Below are positions 26,731-39,310 of a stretch of 64,000 nt of DNA, piece by piece (the first letter of the stretch is position 1; every line of letters starts with the position of its first letter). The translations under genes and the position numbers were made by a program. The stretch is from Octopus bimaculoides. Its lineage: Eukaryota. Below the pieces are notes generated by a model. The model saw only the letters and a list, made by a program, of their open reading frames with translations. It was not told the DNA's origin and did no database searches. The stretch covers positions 45,330,694 to 45,394,693 of the forward strand of contig NC_068984.1 in the NCBI RefSeq assembly GCF_001194135.2, given 5' to 3'.

Positions 26731-26778
<48 letters not shown>

Positions 26779-27342
26779 AAACAAGACAGCCTAGCTCTTG
26801 TTCTGCACTTTATTGCTAACTCTTGCTTCTTTCCAATGTTGCCTTCTCTGTTGGACGATGGATATAATTGATTTCTGCTTCATAGCAACAACAACAATGG
26901 TGATACCCTCTGAAGCAACAACACTGTTGCTGCAGCAGCAGCTTACCTGTAGAACGTTCTTTATTTTACCCTACTCTTCCCTTCCTCCACCACCACTGCT
27001 TTATCTCTCCCCCCCCTCTCTCTCTTGTAAAACTATTCCCTTCTTTACCTTTCCTACCTGCTTAGTTACCTACTCCTAAAAGCCAGCCAGCTAGCTCCCT
27101 GTCTTAAAGAGAAGGAAGTAGGTGAAGTTAGCTTGGATTTCAGCAGCAAGCAGATATGTTTATCTAACCTACCTCTCTCCCCATATTTCTCTCTCTCTCT
27201 CTCATTTAAAAATTTTTTTTTTTTTTTCCTATTGCAGTTGGGTTTTAGTTTCCCTGATCGATAATCTATCCCTATACTACTATTGTTTCTTTATTTCCTT
27301 TAACATAATCATTCTCTGTCGCCATCCCACTTCTCTCTTACT

Positions 27343-27380
<38 letters not shown>

Positions 27381-27596
27381 TCATCCTTCCATAGCTCTCA
27401 AGTCAGAAGTAGCTGTGTGTGTGTGTCTGTTTATTTGTGACTCAACAGATGACAGCGGCAACTGATGTGGAAAGAAGACCTCACATGAGATGCTAATATT
27501 AGGGAAGCTGAAGGAATCATTAATCTCCTTTATTCTTTCTCCTTCCTCCCCCCCCCACTTTCCTCACTCTCATCTCGTTCTTTTTCTCTCTTCTCC

Positions 27597-27638
<42 letters not shown>

Positions 27639-29311
27639 CTCTCTCTCAATCTTTTCCATTTACATTTCTTTCTCTAAATATATTTAAATCTCTCCATGTG
27701 TCACTCTCTTCATCTCTCTCTCTTTATTTCTCTCTCTCTTTCTCTGCATTTGACCCTCTTTCTTTTTTTTTTTGTTTTTTGTTCTACATATCTCTCTACA
27801 TTCTGCAAGTTTCTATATTTGTCTGTCTTTCCATTTCTCGCCCCCACCCCTACCCCCACCAATATATTTGCAGTAAGAGATGACTTACAACAACAATAAA
27901 ACCGAACTCAATACATGCAGTCATTTCACACAGATTATTACTCACATCACATCATTATATTCTTTCATTATATTCTCTCTTTATTTTATTTTATTATTTT
28001 TCTTTCATTTCATTTCATTTCACACAGTTGTTTGATGTACTTATTCTGATGTATCATCATCGCCGTCATAAGTTGCAGCAGGTGGCATTACTGGTCTTAA
28101 ACCACCACCACCAACCCTAACTCAGTACGGTGGTAGTCATTCTCCACCTCCACCCTTCCCATTGGCACAATACTCATCTCTGCATCAGTTACTACCAGTG
28201 CCACCACCATCCTTTCCTGCACTTATACATTTGATTTTTATATGAGCATTGATTAATAAATACTTTAAAAGGATTGTGTGCCTTTTGTTCCTATTTTTTA
28301 TTTGGTTTAATAAACCTATATTATCTCTTACTCATCTTTTCTTTCCCTCCACCAGCTCTACTCCTGGCCCTTTAATAGACAGATTTCTGTACTTTTTTTT
28401 AAACCCCTCAAAGCACCATCAGTAAAGAGTAAATGAAATCTCTATTGTTTTGTTCAGTTTTTTTTTAAGATACACAATTATATACTGTATATAAATATAA
28501 ATCCATGTTTGTGATAGACAATGGGATTATAGGTGGGCAGCTGTCCATGTTTAAGAGGGATTCAAGATAATTCCTTAATCTCTTTGTATTTATTGTATCT
28601 CACTTTTTTTCTGGGAGCTGGTTGGTAATAGATTTTCCCCTGTGTCAGGATAGTAGCCCCTTGCATATACATCAGGAGGACTGCTATTTATATATCTATC
28701 ATAAATACGGAAAAAAATTTTTAATTCTTTTTAATTGAATCATTTAGAATGTGCAAAATATATAACAATTATCCAGTATTTATTATTTTAGAATATATAA
28801 AATTATGCATAGTCTACATATGTTCAATGACTTTCATTTAACCTTCAAGGAGTTGGAAATCCTGTTTTGGTATGCATTTTGATTTATTGGAGTTTTAGCT
28901 TATAGAGAAAGAATTACAGGTAGTTAAGTGCTTTGCCTAAGCGCTCAATATATACCTGTGGTGAAGATAGGATATAATAAAAAGAACCTGAATTCAGAGT
29001 CTTCAACACAACAATATATACACTAGACCATAAGTTTGAGGTGAAGGTTTTTCAGTTAAACCGATCTGTAAAGGATAAAAGGCCAACCTTGGAACCTAAC
29101 AATTCTACTAATGCATTGCTATAATAATAAATTCTAACTTAAGCACAAGGGTCAGAGTAGCCCCATCTGGACAGAGGTATGATAACAGAATGTCTTGGAA
29201 TCAAGTCTAGAAAGTGGTGTAAGAGAGCGTTCTGTTCTCTGATTTTGCCAATAACCCACAATTCCATTATAGAAGTGTTGTCTATTTATCTTATTTCTTT
29301 GTCTCTTACAG

Positions 29312-29604
29312 GTGTTTCCTGTTGAGCGGTATCGAGAGGTGCTTAGTACATACTGGCAGGTGGACTGCCATTCGAACATATCAGGAGTGGAAGAGGTGAT
29401 ACTCGACAAGAATGGCGTCTACCTGTTTTTCAAAATCAATTATGGTGACCTGCACTCGTACGTGCGGCAAAAGAAACGGTTGAAAGAAGCCGAGGCTTGT
29501 CGTTTGTTCCGACAAGTGGTGGAGGCTGTAGCACACTGCCATGAACATGGAGTTGTACTGCGTGATCTCAAGCTTCGCAAGTTTGTCTTTGCCGATCCAG
29601 AAAA
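29312..29604 (+). CDS. TRIB2: Tribbles pseudokinase, coding exon 2 (293 nt)
   Basis: Polypyrimidine acceptor tttctttgtctcttacAG|GTG. Encodes VFPVERY...YGDLHSYVRQKKRLKEAEACRLFRQVVEAVAHCHEHGVVLRDLKLRKFVF, the Tribbles catalytic-loop signature. Phase-2 donor AA|GTAAGT at 29604/29605. Confidence 0.96.
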
Positions 29605-31381
29605 GTAAGTTTCAAAATATTTATCACCATCATCGTTGTTGTTGTTACCATTATTATTGTTATTTTATTCTCAGTTGGTACCAATAATATATTGGAATTG
29701 AATTTGCATGTTGTAGCACTCTTCTATGAATTTTGAGGGTTTATGGCAAAAATAGAAATCTTAACCATCAGATTGATTATAAATATTAAGACAACAAGAT
29801 GAAGAAATCTCTAGAGCATCAGCATTTCTTCCAGTTCTTTACACTTTGAGTTCAAATACTGCCAAAGTTGACTTTGCCTTTCATCCTTCAGGGGTTGATA
29901 GCAGTAAGTACTAGTCATGTACTGGGGTCGATGTGATCAATTTACTACTACCGCTCTCATGCCTAGCCTTGTTTCAAAGTTTTAACCACTACTATTAAGG
30001 CAGTGAGCTGGCAGAATCGCTAGCCTGCCAGACGAAATGCTTAGCGATATTTCACCCATCGCTACGTTCAAATTCCGCTGAGGTCAACTTTACCTTATAC
30101 ATCCTTTCAGGGTCGATAAATTAAGTACCGGTTGATGTAATTGACTATCCCCCTCCCCTAAATTTCAGGCCTTGTGCCTATAATAGAAGGGATTATTATT
30201 ATTATTACTACAACTACTATTACACAAGACCAGGAAGCTGGTAAAAACAGTAATTGCTTGAACAGAGATAACTGAGAGATAGACAACTGCACTATCTATA
30301 GTGTGAGTTCAAATTCTGCCAGGATCAACTTCACCATTTTTGCCTTTATATGTAAAACAAATAGCAGTAATATACTGGATCAGTTAATTCTATTGTGTCC
30401 ATCCAAGGTTGATTGAATGAACTTTGTAACTATGTATGCCAGGTTTTAAGTATGTGTAATGTTTAGATACTTCACGACTACTACCACCATGATTGACTAT
30501 TGACTATAGACTATATCTACATTGCCATACGTGTGTATGTGTGTCACTGTTTGTACATGCCATGATTAGTTAGTTTGTTTACCAGCTGACAGTTTGTTTT
30601 GGACACTAACTTGTGAAAATATATCACATTTTAGTCTAATGCACTGTTACTCCTCTTGGGACCTCTAATACCTCAAATGTTATCTTCTACATATAACCAA
30701 GTATCATTTCTCATCATTTATGAACTCTACTCCTGCTAAAATTCATTGGGGAGAGAGTCTATTGTTTACCATGACCCTTGTATCTTAGCGCTTTAGCTTG
30801 TGTTGGTTAGTTGGCTAGCTGGCTGGTTGATTGGTAAGAAAAGTGATCAAGGCTTAAAATGCTATTACCAGGAATGTAACACAGTTGAATCCAAGCTCTT
30901 GGTTTTCACTGAAGCAGTAGTACTATTATTGTTGTTCTTAAATGTGACTTCATATTAGCTGTTAACAGAATGTTAGGAAAACTTGGTTTCTATTGTCAGT
31001 CACTGATCTTGATCCTATGTTTAGTGAAACAACTCTCACAAACTCAAATGTTGCAGATCTGTGAAAAGCAAGAATTAAAGGATGTTTTGTTTGTCCTACC
31101 AAAGACTGATAATCAACATCATACTCCATCTTAACTTTCATTTGTTTTACATATCAGTGTGTGTGTGTGTGTTGATTAGGTCTCGATCCTTCTATGTATC
31201 TTCATGTTGCATTATATTGCAAGAGATTTAGGCAGGGGTTTTCTGATTTTTATCAATGTGCTTCCCCATTGTTAGTTGCTGTGTAGAAATATAATTTAGT
31301 ATTTTAAATATGAACTACTTAATTGTTTTGTGGATACAATATGAATTGGTTATTATTATACTCCTTTTCTTTTTCCTCTAG
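29605..31381 (+). other. Tribbles intron 2 (1,777 bp, phase 2)
   Basis: GTAAGT..CTAG boundaries; the frame is restored across AA|G. Confidence 0.93.
29800..30385 (+). mobile_element. Cluster of three SINE family A copies in Tribbles intron 2
   Basis: Copies at about 29800-29960, 29997-30195 (aaggcagtgagctggcagaatcg...ggccttgtgcc plus (ATT)n tail) and 30228-30385. Confidence 0.75.
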
Positions 31382-31865
31382 GACACATCTCTTATTAGAA
31401 GGACTTGAAGATGCTTGCCTTCTTGAAGATGAATCAGACGACAGGTTAACAGACAAACATGGCTGTCCTGCCTATGTGAGCCCTGAAATTCTCAGTACTG
31501 CAACAGAAAGTTACTCTGGCAAAGCAGCAGACATATGGAGCCTTGGCGTCATGTTATACACCATGATTATCGGCCGTTACCCTTTCCATGATACTGAGCC
31601 TAGTGCTCTATTCGGCAAGATCCGTCGAGGGCAGTATTCACTGCCAGACATTCTTTCATCAGGTGCCAAATGTCTAATTCGTAACATGTTACGGCGCGAT
31701 CCTACTCAAAGACTTACTGCCGATGTTTCTCTACTACATCCTTGGCTTGCCGGCCATTGGCCAAGTAGTTCGGTCAGCCAGACATGTGTTGACCGAAGAC
31801 AGACAACAGATCAGACCGTCCCAAATATCAAATTAACAGAATTAAAAGATGATTTATTTGACTGA
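31382..31865 (+). CDS. TRIB2: Tribbles pseudokinase, terminal coding exon 3
   Basis: Acceptor ctccttttctttttcctctAG|G completes the phase-2 Lys codon. Encodes GLED (DFG replacement), DKHGCPAYVSPEIL, YSGKAADIWSLGVMLYTM, GRYPFHD, LLHPWL and the DQTVP COP1-binding motif. Stop TGA at 31863-31865. Confidence 0.96.
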
Positions 31866-32045
31866 AAAAATTTTTTTCTTTTTTATTTAGGATCTTTTTT
31901 TCCTAAGAATTTAAACAAAAAACATTAACGTTTTTATTTGGCGGGGAATGTAGATTATATTTTCTTCTCTCTTTCTCCAACTGTAAGGGAATCATTAAGA
32001 TATTCCTCTCCACTCAACCTTCAGGAGCAGTTTCCCTGGGTCAAC

Positions 32046-32076
<31 letters not shown>

Positions 32077-33347
32077 CTTCATTTGCATCTTCATTCCGAG
32101 TAGCTTTCTCTTTTTTTTTTTGTCTATAATTGGGTATGAACAACAGTGATAGGCTCAGTGTGGGTGTAAAGACACAAGAAGGAGCAAGAGAGGGAGAGAG
32201 AGAGAGCAAGCAAACATTTTCAGGAGACTCCCCCCTCCTAACTCAAGAACCAACTGTAATGTTATCTCAACCAATCAGATGACAACAGAAATTGCAAAAG
32301 ACCATAAAGGGCATTAAACTAAAAGACAAAAATCAATTATGATTTAAAATAGTATTATCTNNNNNNNNNNNNNNNNNNNNNNNNNNNNNNNNNNNNNNNN
32401 NNNNNNNNNNNNNNNNNNNNNNNNNNNNNNNNNNNNNNNNNNNNNNNNNNNNNNNNNNNNNNNNNNNNNNNNNNNNNNNNNNNNNNNNNNNNNNNNNNNN
32501 NNNNNNNNNNNNNNNNNNNNNNNNNNNNNNTATATATTATTACCTCATCACTGTTATTTCTTTACATTAAGAGATTTCTATTGTCTGTGACAGTTCTAAG
32601 TGATAAGGATCCCTACTAACTGGCTTTACCATTCTTGTGGGAGGGAGTCCGTCCACAATGCTCCTTGTCCCTTTGCCTGCTAATTTAGCTGGTGTTTTTG
32701 CATGTCTTTGTCATATCACCTTGACCTTGCCTCATCTCACCTCAATGCCTATACATATTTGTGAATGGTGGATCTTCAGAATAGTCAGAAATGGATCATT
32801 TCCTGACCAAACAGACCATATATATTCATTTATTCTTCAGGGGGTGGGTTTTTTGTTCTGTTTTATTGATTTTATTCTCTCACCTCCACTTCATAAACAC
32901 ACACACACACACACATTCTTTCCCTCTCCTTCCACTGAGATTTCTTTTTTATATTTTGATAATCAGCTTCATTTGAAAGACATCAGTGTGGCAACTTCTC
33001 ATACACTACTACTCCTTCATTTATACATCTGGGGTTTCATACTTAAGTAAGATATCACTCATTTAAGACCAACACTATGTTCCTTCATCTATCTCAAACT
33101 CTTCTCAATAGTTACAATTTTGTAGGTCTTTGACGGCTTTGCTTACGTGTATAAAAGTAGATTGTACTTTTATATCTATAGATTCACTTTTGGAGTTTTG
33201 TACTCAACACACATTTTTTACATCACTGAGCATATTATTTTGTCAGATTACAAACACCTTTTATATAGGTAGTATTCTACAGTGTATGGACCTGTATACA
33301 CTCTGGACTAATTCGATCTCGCAGTCATTTTCACATGATCCTCTGGA

Positions 33348-33381
<34 letters not shown>

Positions 33382-35653
33382 CATCATATATTTTCCGCTT
33401 CTATTTAGCACAGTTTGGTTAAACATGATTTTTTTTTTTTAGAAACGTATGTTATTCAGTGTCATGAAGAGTATCAAACTATAAAAGCTGTGCTCTGATT
33501 CACGTGCAACCCATTTCACAAACATTCCTACTCTCCTAGTAATACAAAGTTGCGAATGATGAAAAAAAATAGAGCATCGGCCAATCAAATGGGTTGATAG
33601 TTCATTTCTACTCACCAGCAGTATGATTTGTCCCAGGCAAATGCACTTAACTCCCCATAATCCAATCCTGCTTGCAAATGAGTTTCATGGACAGAATATG
33701 TAGTTCATCACATAAGAAGCAGAAGCTGAGTGTTATTACCTTCTCAAAATTTGAGCTTTGTGTTTACACTACATGTACACTGTGCAATCAGTGTGATATT
33801 TGTAACAGAAATGATTGATTCATGATCTATGAAATTATAAATTAAATGTCAATTGAAGTATCAGGAAGAATATAACAGCTGGTTTTAGTGCATAATGTAT
33901 TTTAATTGCAAAACTAATAACATATATAATTAATTACACCACATGACTGAAAGCAGATACAATTATTCCACACATTACAAACATTGCTCTTTTATTAACG
34001 GAACAACCTAGTGAGCCACTACTCTTAAGTTTTAACCCTGTCTAGTTTCAAATTTCTGATACTGTCCATGCAAGATCTATTGCTAGTGTTGTGAATATTG
34101 AACTTGTGGCTCGTTTTCAAGTGCTGTTGCAGATGACTGCAACACAATTGCTAGTGTCATCCCTTAGTAATTAGTGTATTTTAATTAATTTAGCTAATCT
34201 AGATTTTGCTGCTGGATGGGTGTGGATGACTTAACTTTCTCACAATATTTTGTTGCAGGTAACTCTGGGGGAGTTAACAAAGCGCAATATTTCAATAAGC
34301 TATCTTTTTGATGGTTTATGTTAGTTATTTGAATTATTGTTCCTTCAGTCTGACACAATATGGGAGTTAAAACATTACCAGATACTCACAGAATGTCTAT
34401 AGAAACTCCATATGAAGATTTTTATTACTATATATTTGTAACTGCTGATAAAATGCAGAGGTGAGGGAGTTAGAAGAACCCACTTGATACTAGGCTTACT
34501 GGTGTTCAACGTGCACAGCAATCAATGATTCACCTGTCTTGAAGAAAATGGTATTCCAAGCCACTAGGCTACTGTTCTTCTCTCCTTTTCTCTCTCAATG
34601 GTTCTGCTTACAGCAACCTGCTCTACTGCCAATTTAACAGTGGGTAATGTATTAGCCACACCACTAAATAACAGAACATTTGGCAACTATCTGAATATAA
34701 AACAAACATTCATTGTTAACCATTGTCTTTTAAATATTGGTTCTTTTATAAACTTTGCCCTTCGTCTCTTTCATCCTGCCCCCACCTTTCCAAAATTTTC
34801 CCAAAGCAAAAATGTATAGAAAAAAGTGTGTACAGAAATTACATTCTTTTGATATATTTTTCTCTTTTTTTTTTTTCTTCCCTTTTTCATTAGTTTCATC
34901 ACCTTATTGNNNNNNNNNNNNNNNNNNNNNNNNNNNNNNNNNNNNNNNNNNNNNNNNNNNNNNNNNNNNNNNNNNNNNNNNNNNNNNNNNNNNNNNNNNN
35001 NNNNNNNNNNNNNNNNNNNNNNNNNNNNNNNNNNNNNNNNNNNNNNNNNNNNNNNNNNNNNNNNNNNNNNNNNNNNNNNNNNNNNNNNNNNNNNNNNNNN
35101 NNNNNNNNNNNNNNNNNNNNNNNNNNNNNNNNNNNNNNNNNNNNNNNNNNNNNNNNNNNNNNNNNNNNNNNNNNNNNNNNNNNNNNNNNNNNNNNNNNNN
35201 NNNNNNNNNNNNNNNNNNNNNNNNNNNNNNNNNNNNNNNNNNNNNNNNNNNNNNNNNNNNNNNNNNNNNNNNNNNNNNNNNNNNNNNNNNNNNNNNNNNN
35301 NNNNNNNNNNNNNNNNNNNNNNNNNNNNNNNNNNNNNNNNNNNNNNNNNNNNNNNNNNNNNNNNNNNNNNNNNNNNNNNNNNNNNNNNNNNNNNNNNNNN
35401 NNNNNNNNNNNNNNNNNNNNNNNNNNNNNNNNNNNNNNNNNNNNNNNNNNNNNNNNNNNNNNNNNNNNNNNNNNNNNNNNNNNNNNNNNNNNNNNNNNNN
35501 NNNNNNNNNNNNNTTAATCAAATGGATGAGATTATGTTTCCAGTTAAAAACGAAATATGGTAATACTTTTTGAATTATATAATTGTAATATATATAGAGA
35601 TGTACTTGCATAGCAAGTGACCTGATCTGAGATCGTGTGCTGGAACGAAAACA

Positions 35654-35879
35654 ATTGCAGCGTGGAAGGTGTTTATAAGCCATTTAAAATAACACACAAA
35701 ATCCGTTAGATTCACTTCAACATTTAAATTTAATTTGTCAAAATATTTTCGTTGCTTTGAGACTGCGACCTCTCAAAGCGACGAAAATATTTTGACAGAT
35801 TAAATTTAAATGTTGAACTGAATCTAACGGATTTTGTGTGTTATTTTAAGTGGCTTATAAACACCTTCCGCGCTGCAAT
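35654..35879. mobile_element. Foldback palindrome / MITE (109-bp arms, 8-nt loop)
   Basis: Arms 35654-35762 and 35771-35879 are reverse complements with 5 mismatches. Confidence 0.8.
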
Positions 35880-36840
35880 ATATATATATAGTTCTAGTCT
35901 ACATGGTATACAAAAAAACACCTAGACCTTGGAGGCTAGTGGTGGTTTGTGTCGGCAAAAAAAATAGGAAAATGTAGTTTGTGTATGTGTGTCTGTGTGG
36001 TTGAGAAGAAATACTTCAGGGGTGTTTTCTGCATACTAAATATAACTACGGTATAATGTCACATTTTGGGGACCTTATCGTATTTGTATTTTTGAAATAC
36101 ACTCGATCAACTGACACTGTACGGGCAATCAATAAGCAAATATTCTCTAGGGCGTTTTAAAATCTAAAAACAAGCAAAAGAAAACTTCTATGAGATAAAT
36201 TGACTACAGTTTTTGTATAATTAGGAAACAAGACTCACTCCAATCTGCCTTTTCTATTATTGTCCAAAAATTTAGCTCAATTTATTTTATGGAGTTAGTT
36301 ATCTTGTCAGATTTTAAACGTCTTCAATTGCGTGGGCAGTCAGTTGATCGAATTTTTTCCGTTCACAAATGAGACCTTGCTGTTTTATATAATATACTGG
36401 TGGGCCGTGTGGAGAAATGTATTTCGTTTTAGGCCTTCAAGGAATGGTGAAAGTTTCTACGCAAAACGATATTTCTTCTCATAACGTACCAATATACTTC
36501 GTGTTTTGTGTTTTTTATAGGTAGGTACTATAGGATTTTTAAAATGCCACTGCCATGAAGAGTTGTGAGATTTCCCAGCAACAGGTCTTTTGTGTGTTCA
36601 TAGTTTCAAAAATATCTGGCAAATATGAAATCTAAAAAGGTTTCCAAATTTACAAAGTATTCCAATGAGCGAAAGGAATTGCTTCCTAAAATAAAGTTTT
36701 TCGCCATTGGTGTATAGTCTTGGTGTCTTATGTAATTTTACTTGCGAACCGAAACTCGGGTGCATGCACTGTTTTGATGGATTAACTGTTGTGTTCATAG
36801 ACACTCAATTGTAGGTTGTTTTAAAAGATTATTTAATAAC

Positions 36841-37120
36841 TATTCACTAATTCCATATTGACTTCGAAATGGATTTGCTAGATACTGATTATTTTTAACA
36901 CTTGGGCACCATTTTAATTAGATTTAAGTCCATTTTTTCCCCTTGGATATTTTAGAAATTAAAATTTCAGACACGAATACGGTGGTAAATAGTGATGTTA
37001 TATTAAGATATACATTATTTAACCAACGAAAACAAAGAGAAAATTAAAGATACAATCTCAAGAAGATTGCTTATAATCTCATCTACAAACTTCTGTTCTG
37101 AAATTTAAAATAAGAAACAC
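36841..37120 (+). repeat. About 280-bp dispersed direct repeat, copy 1 (copy 2 at 39714-39990)
   Basis: Colinear blocks such as tttttaacacttgggcacca, gatgttatattaa, gattgcttataatctcatct and aaaataagaaacac occur in both copies. Confidence 0.8.
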
Positions 37121-37785
37121 AGGATGATTGAAAGAAAACCTTGGTGATTCCTACTTTTCTTTTATAGGGACTTCTCATAAATGCGTATAATTAAACACAA
37201 GCCCGACAGCCTCTGAACATTTACCTACTTGTCGAATTTTACCTGTTTTATTAAATCAAGGAGACGATCGTGACAATAGAACACCAGATTAAATACTTTG
37301 AAGTATTTTAATGTCGGCCTCGGTACCGAGTTGAGATTCAGTTATATTCGACTATGCCCTTTGCCTTTCATATCTTCGGGGTTCAATAAATATATATATA
37401 ATGTACTGGAGTCGATGCACTCGATTACATTCCTCTACTACACAAATAGGCTCTGTGCCAGAATCAAAAGAAATCCTTGTACTAAACTAGAAAGAAAAAG
37501 ATCTGTTCATATGATGTGTGAATCCGCGAGAACGATTGGCAAGTATGTGTAATCATATTGCATGTTGTCTGTGGATTTTCTTCGTTTAATACCACCTCGA
37601 CATCACACAGAGATAACCATTGCTTTTATCACGATCCTTACTTGCGTTCTTTCAGACTAAACTGAAGATGTTTCTCACTAATTATACCAAAGGTTCATAA
37701 TCGTTGTTACTGTTTTTTTATCTCTCCTCCCATTAAACTTGCCTCATCAACACAACCATCGTCATTATTGTTGCTGTTGTTATTC

Positions 37786-37817
<32 letters not shown>

Positions 37818-38227
37818 AACAAAATATTATTCCTGGTGATGAAACATCTTCAGTTTAGGTCCAAATATCAGGCTATTTCACTAGCATCGACCCAACTTTA
37901 AAAGATTAATTCTTAAAAACAAAGGATGGAAATTTGAACTTTTGTAAGTTAAATCGAAAGAAAGAATGAAATCGAATTGAAATACAGATAAATTCTGAAA
38001 TCTGAATGGATTTTTTTTTTTTTTTTTTTTNNNNNNNNNNNNNNNNNNNNNNNNNNNNNNNNNNNNNNNNNNNNNNNNNNNNNNNNNNNNNNNNNNNNNN
38101 NNNNNNNNNNNNNNNNNNNNNNNNNNNNNNNNNNNNNNNNNNNNNNNNNNNNNNNNNNNNNNNNNNNNNNNNNNNNNNNNNNNNNNNNNNNNNNNNNNNN
38201 NNNNNNNNNNNNNNNNNNNNNNNNNNN

Positions 38228-38258
<31 letters not shown>

Positions 38259-38949
38259 TAATGAACGAAAATAAATGTGTAACAATATATATAATATGCA
38301 AATATATATATATACGCACACACACATGCAAATATGTATGAATATGTATATAATATGTGTGTGTGATATATATACATATACACATCTGTGTGTATATATA
38401 TAATATATATATATGTTATATATATATGAACACACAACAAAACGTGACGGGTCATTAATTGGCTGTATTAACTCCCCTCACTGTTGCTATGACGACGTCA
38501 CGCCTGATGTCATTGTTTTATGTGAAGCGTCGTACTGACTGATTTTGTTTCATATTGAAATAAAGTGTTATATGTAATTATACAATTTTTCATTAGTTAT
38601 TCTTGTAATAATTACCGGAACCGTTGAATGGCTTATCTATAGAGCGCCGCGCAAAACGCCTTGTGGTACTTAATTACTTCCCTTTTTAAGATCTGCCTTA
38701 AAATCTCGCCTAAATCGAGTTTGCGTTTCTCGACTCGGAATAACAGTAATATTGTTGGTAATGATTTATTTCTCCAAAATGTAGAAAGCTTTGTTTTAAT
38801 GCTTAGTATGTGCTTTATTTACGTTTAATGTTGCGGGCACCATTTTTGTGTCAAGATAGCTGAAATTTTGCCATGGGGGTACATATTTTGTAGGAGAGAG
38901 CCCCTGTGGTCTATGTGAATTTCTGATACTTCCAAAAACAAGTAACATA

Positions 38950-39310
38950 AAGGTGTTAGGGTTAAGAAGTTTGCTTCCCAATCACAAGGGTTCCGATTCA
39001 GTCCCACTGCGTGATGGGTAGATTTTGCTAGATGTAAATTGAAAGAAGTTTGTCGTATATGTGTGTTATTTGTTTCCTTGCTTTGACATTGTGCGATAGT
39101 TTTAAACGGGTGTTATCGTCATGCAAGTGGTGTCTTTTGTTTCCACTCTTACGTGAAAACATGTCTGGCCGTGCGTAAATATTGCTTTATTTAGAGACAG
39201 GTGAGATTTGTCGGCTAATCCCATCCATCCGTAGAAAATCCGCAACAACAAATTCTATACAACCCAATCAAGCATGGAAAAGAGGACGTTAAAACGATGA
39301 CAACGATGAA
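38950..39310 (+). mobile_element. tRNA-derived SINE (family C), near full length, degenerate
   Basis: tRNA-like head (ggttaagaagtttgcttcccaa...ggttccgattcagtcccactgcg) and 3' end gcatggaaaagaggacgttaaaacgatgacaacgatg. Confidence 0.65.

Larger units (their letters stand above)
7241..29311 (+). other. Tribbles intron 1 (22,071 bp, phase 0)
   Basis: GT..AG boundaries join ...ICK to VFP..., the same junction as vertebrate TRIB exon1/exon2 (VCK|VF). Confidence 0.8.

Noticed and set aside
32541-33788. let-7 (TACCTCA at 32541) and miR-92 (GTGCAAT at 33782) seed matches downstream of the stop
   Set aside because: The 3' UTR extent is unknown (gaps, no clear AATAAA), and single 7-mers are expected by chance.
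38450-38620. CRE/RFX/CCAAT-like promoter motifs
   Set aside because: The segment abuts a (TA)-rich tract and looks like the terminus of a common interspersed repeat; no gene is linked to it.
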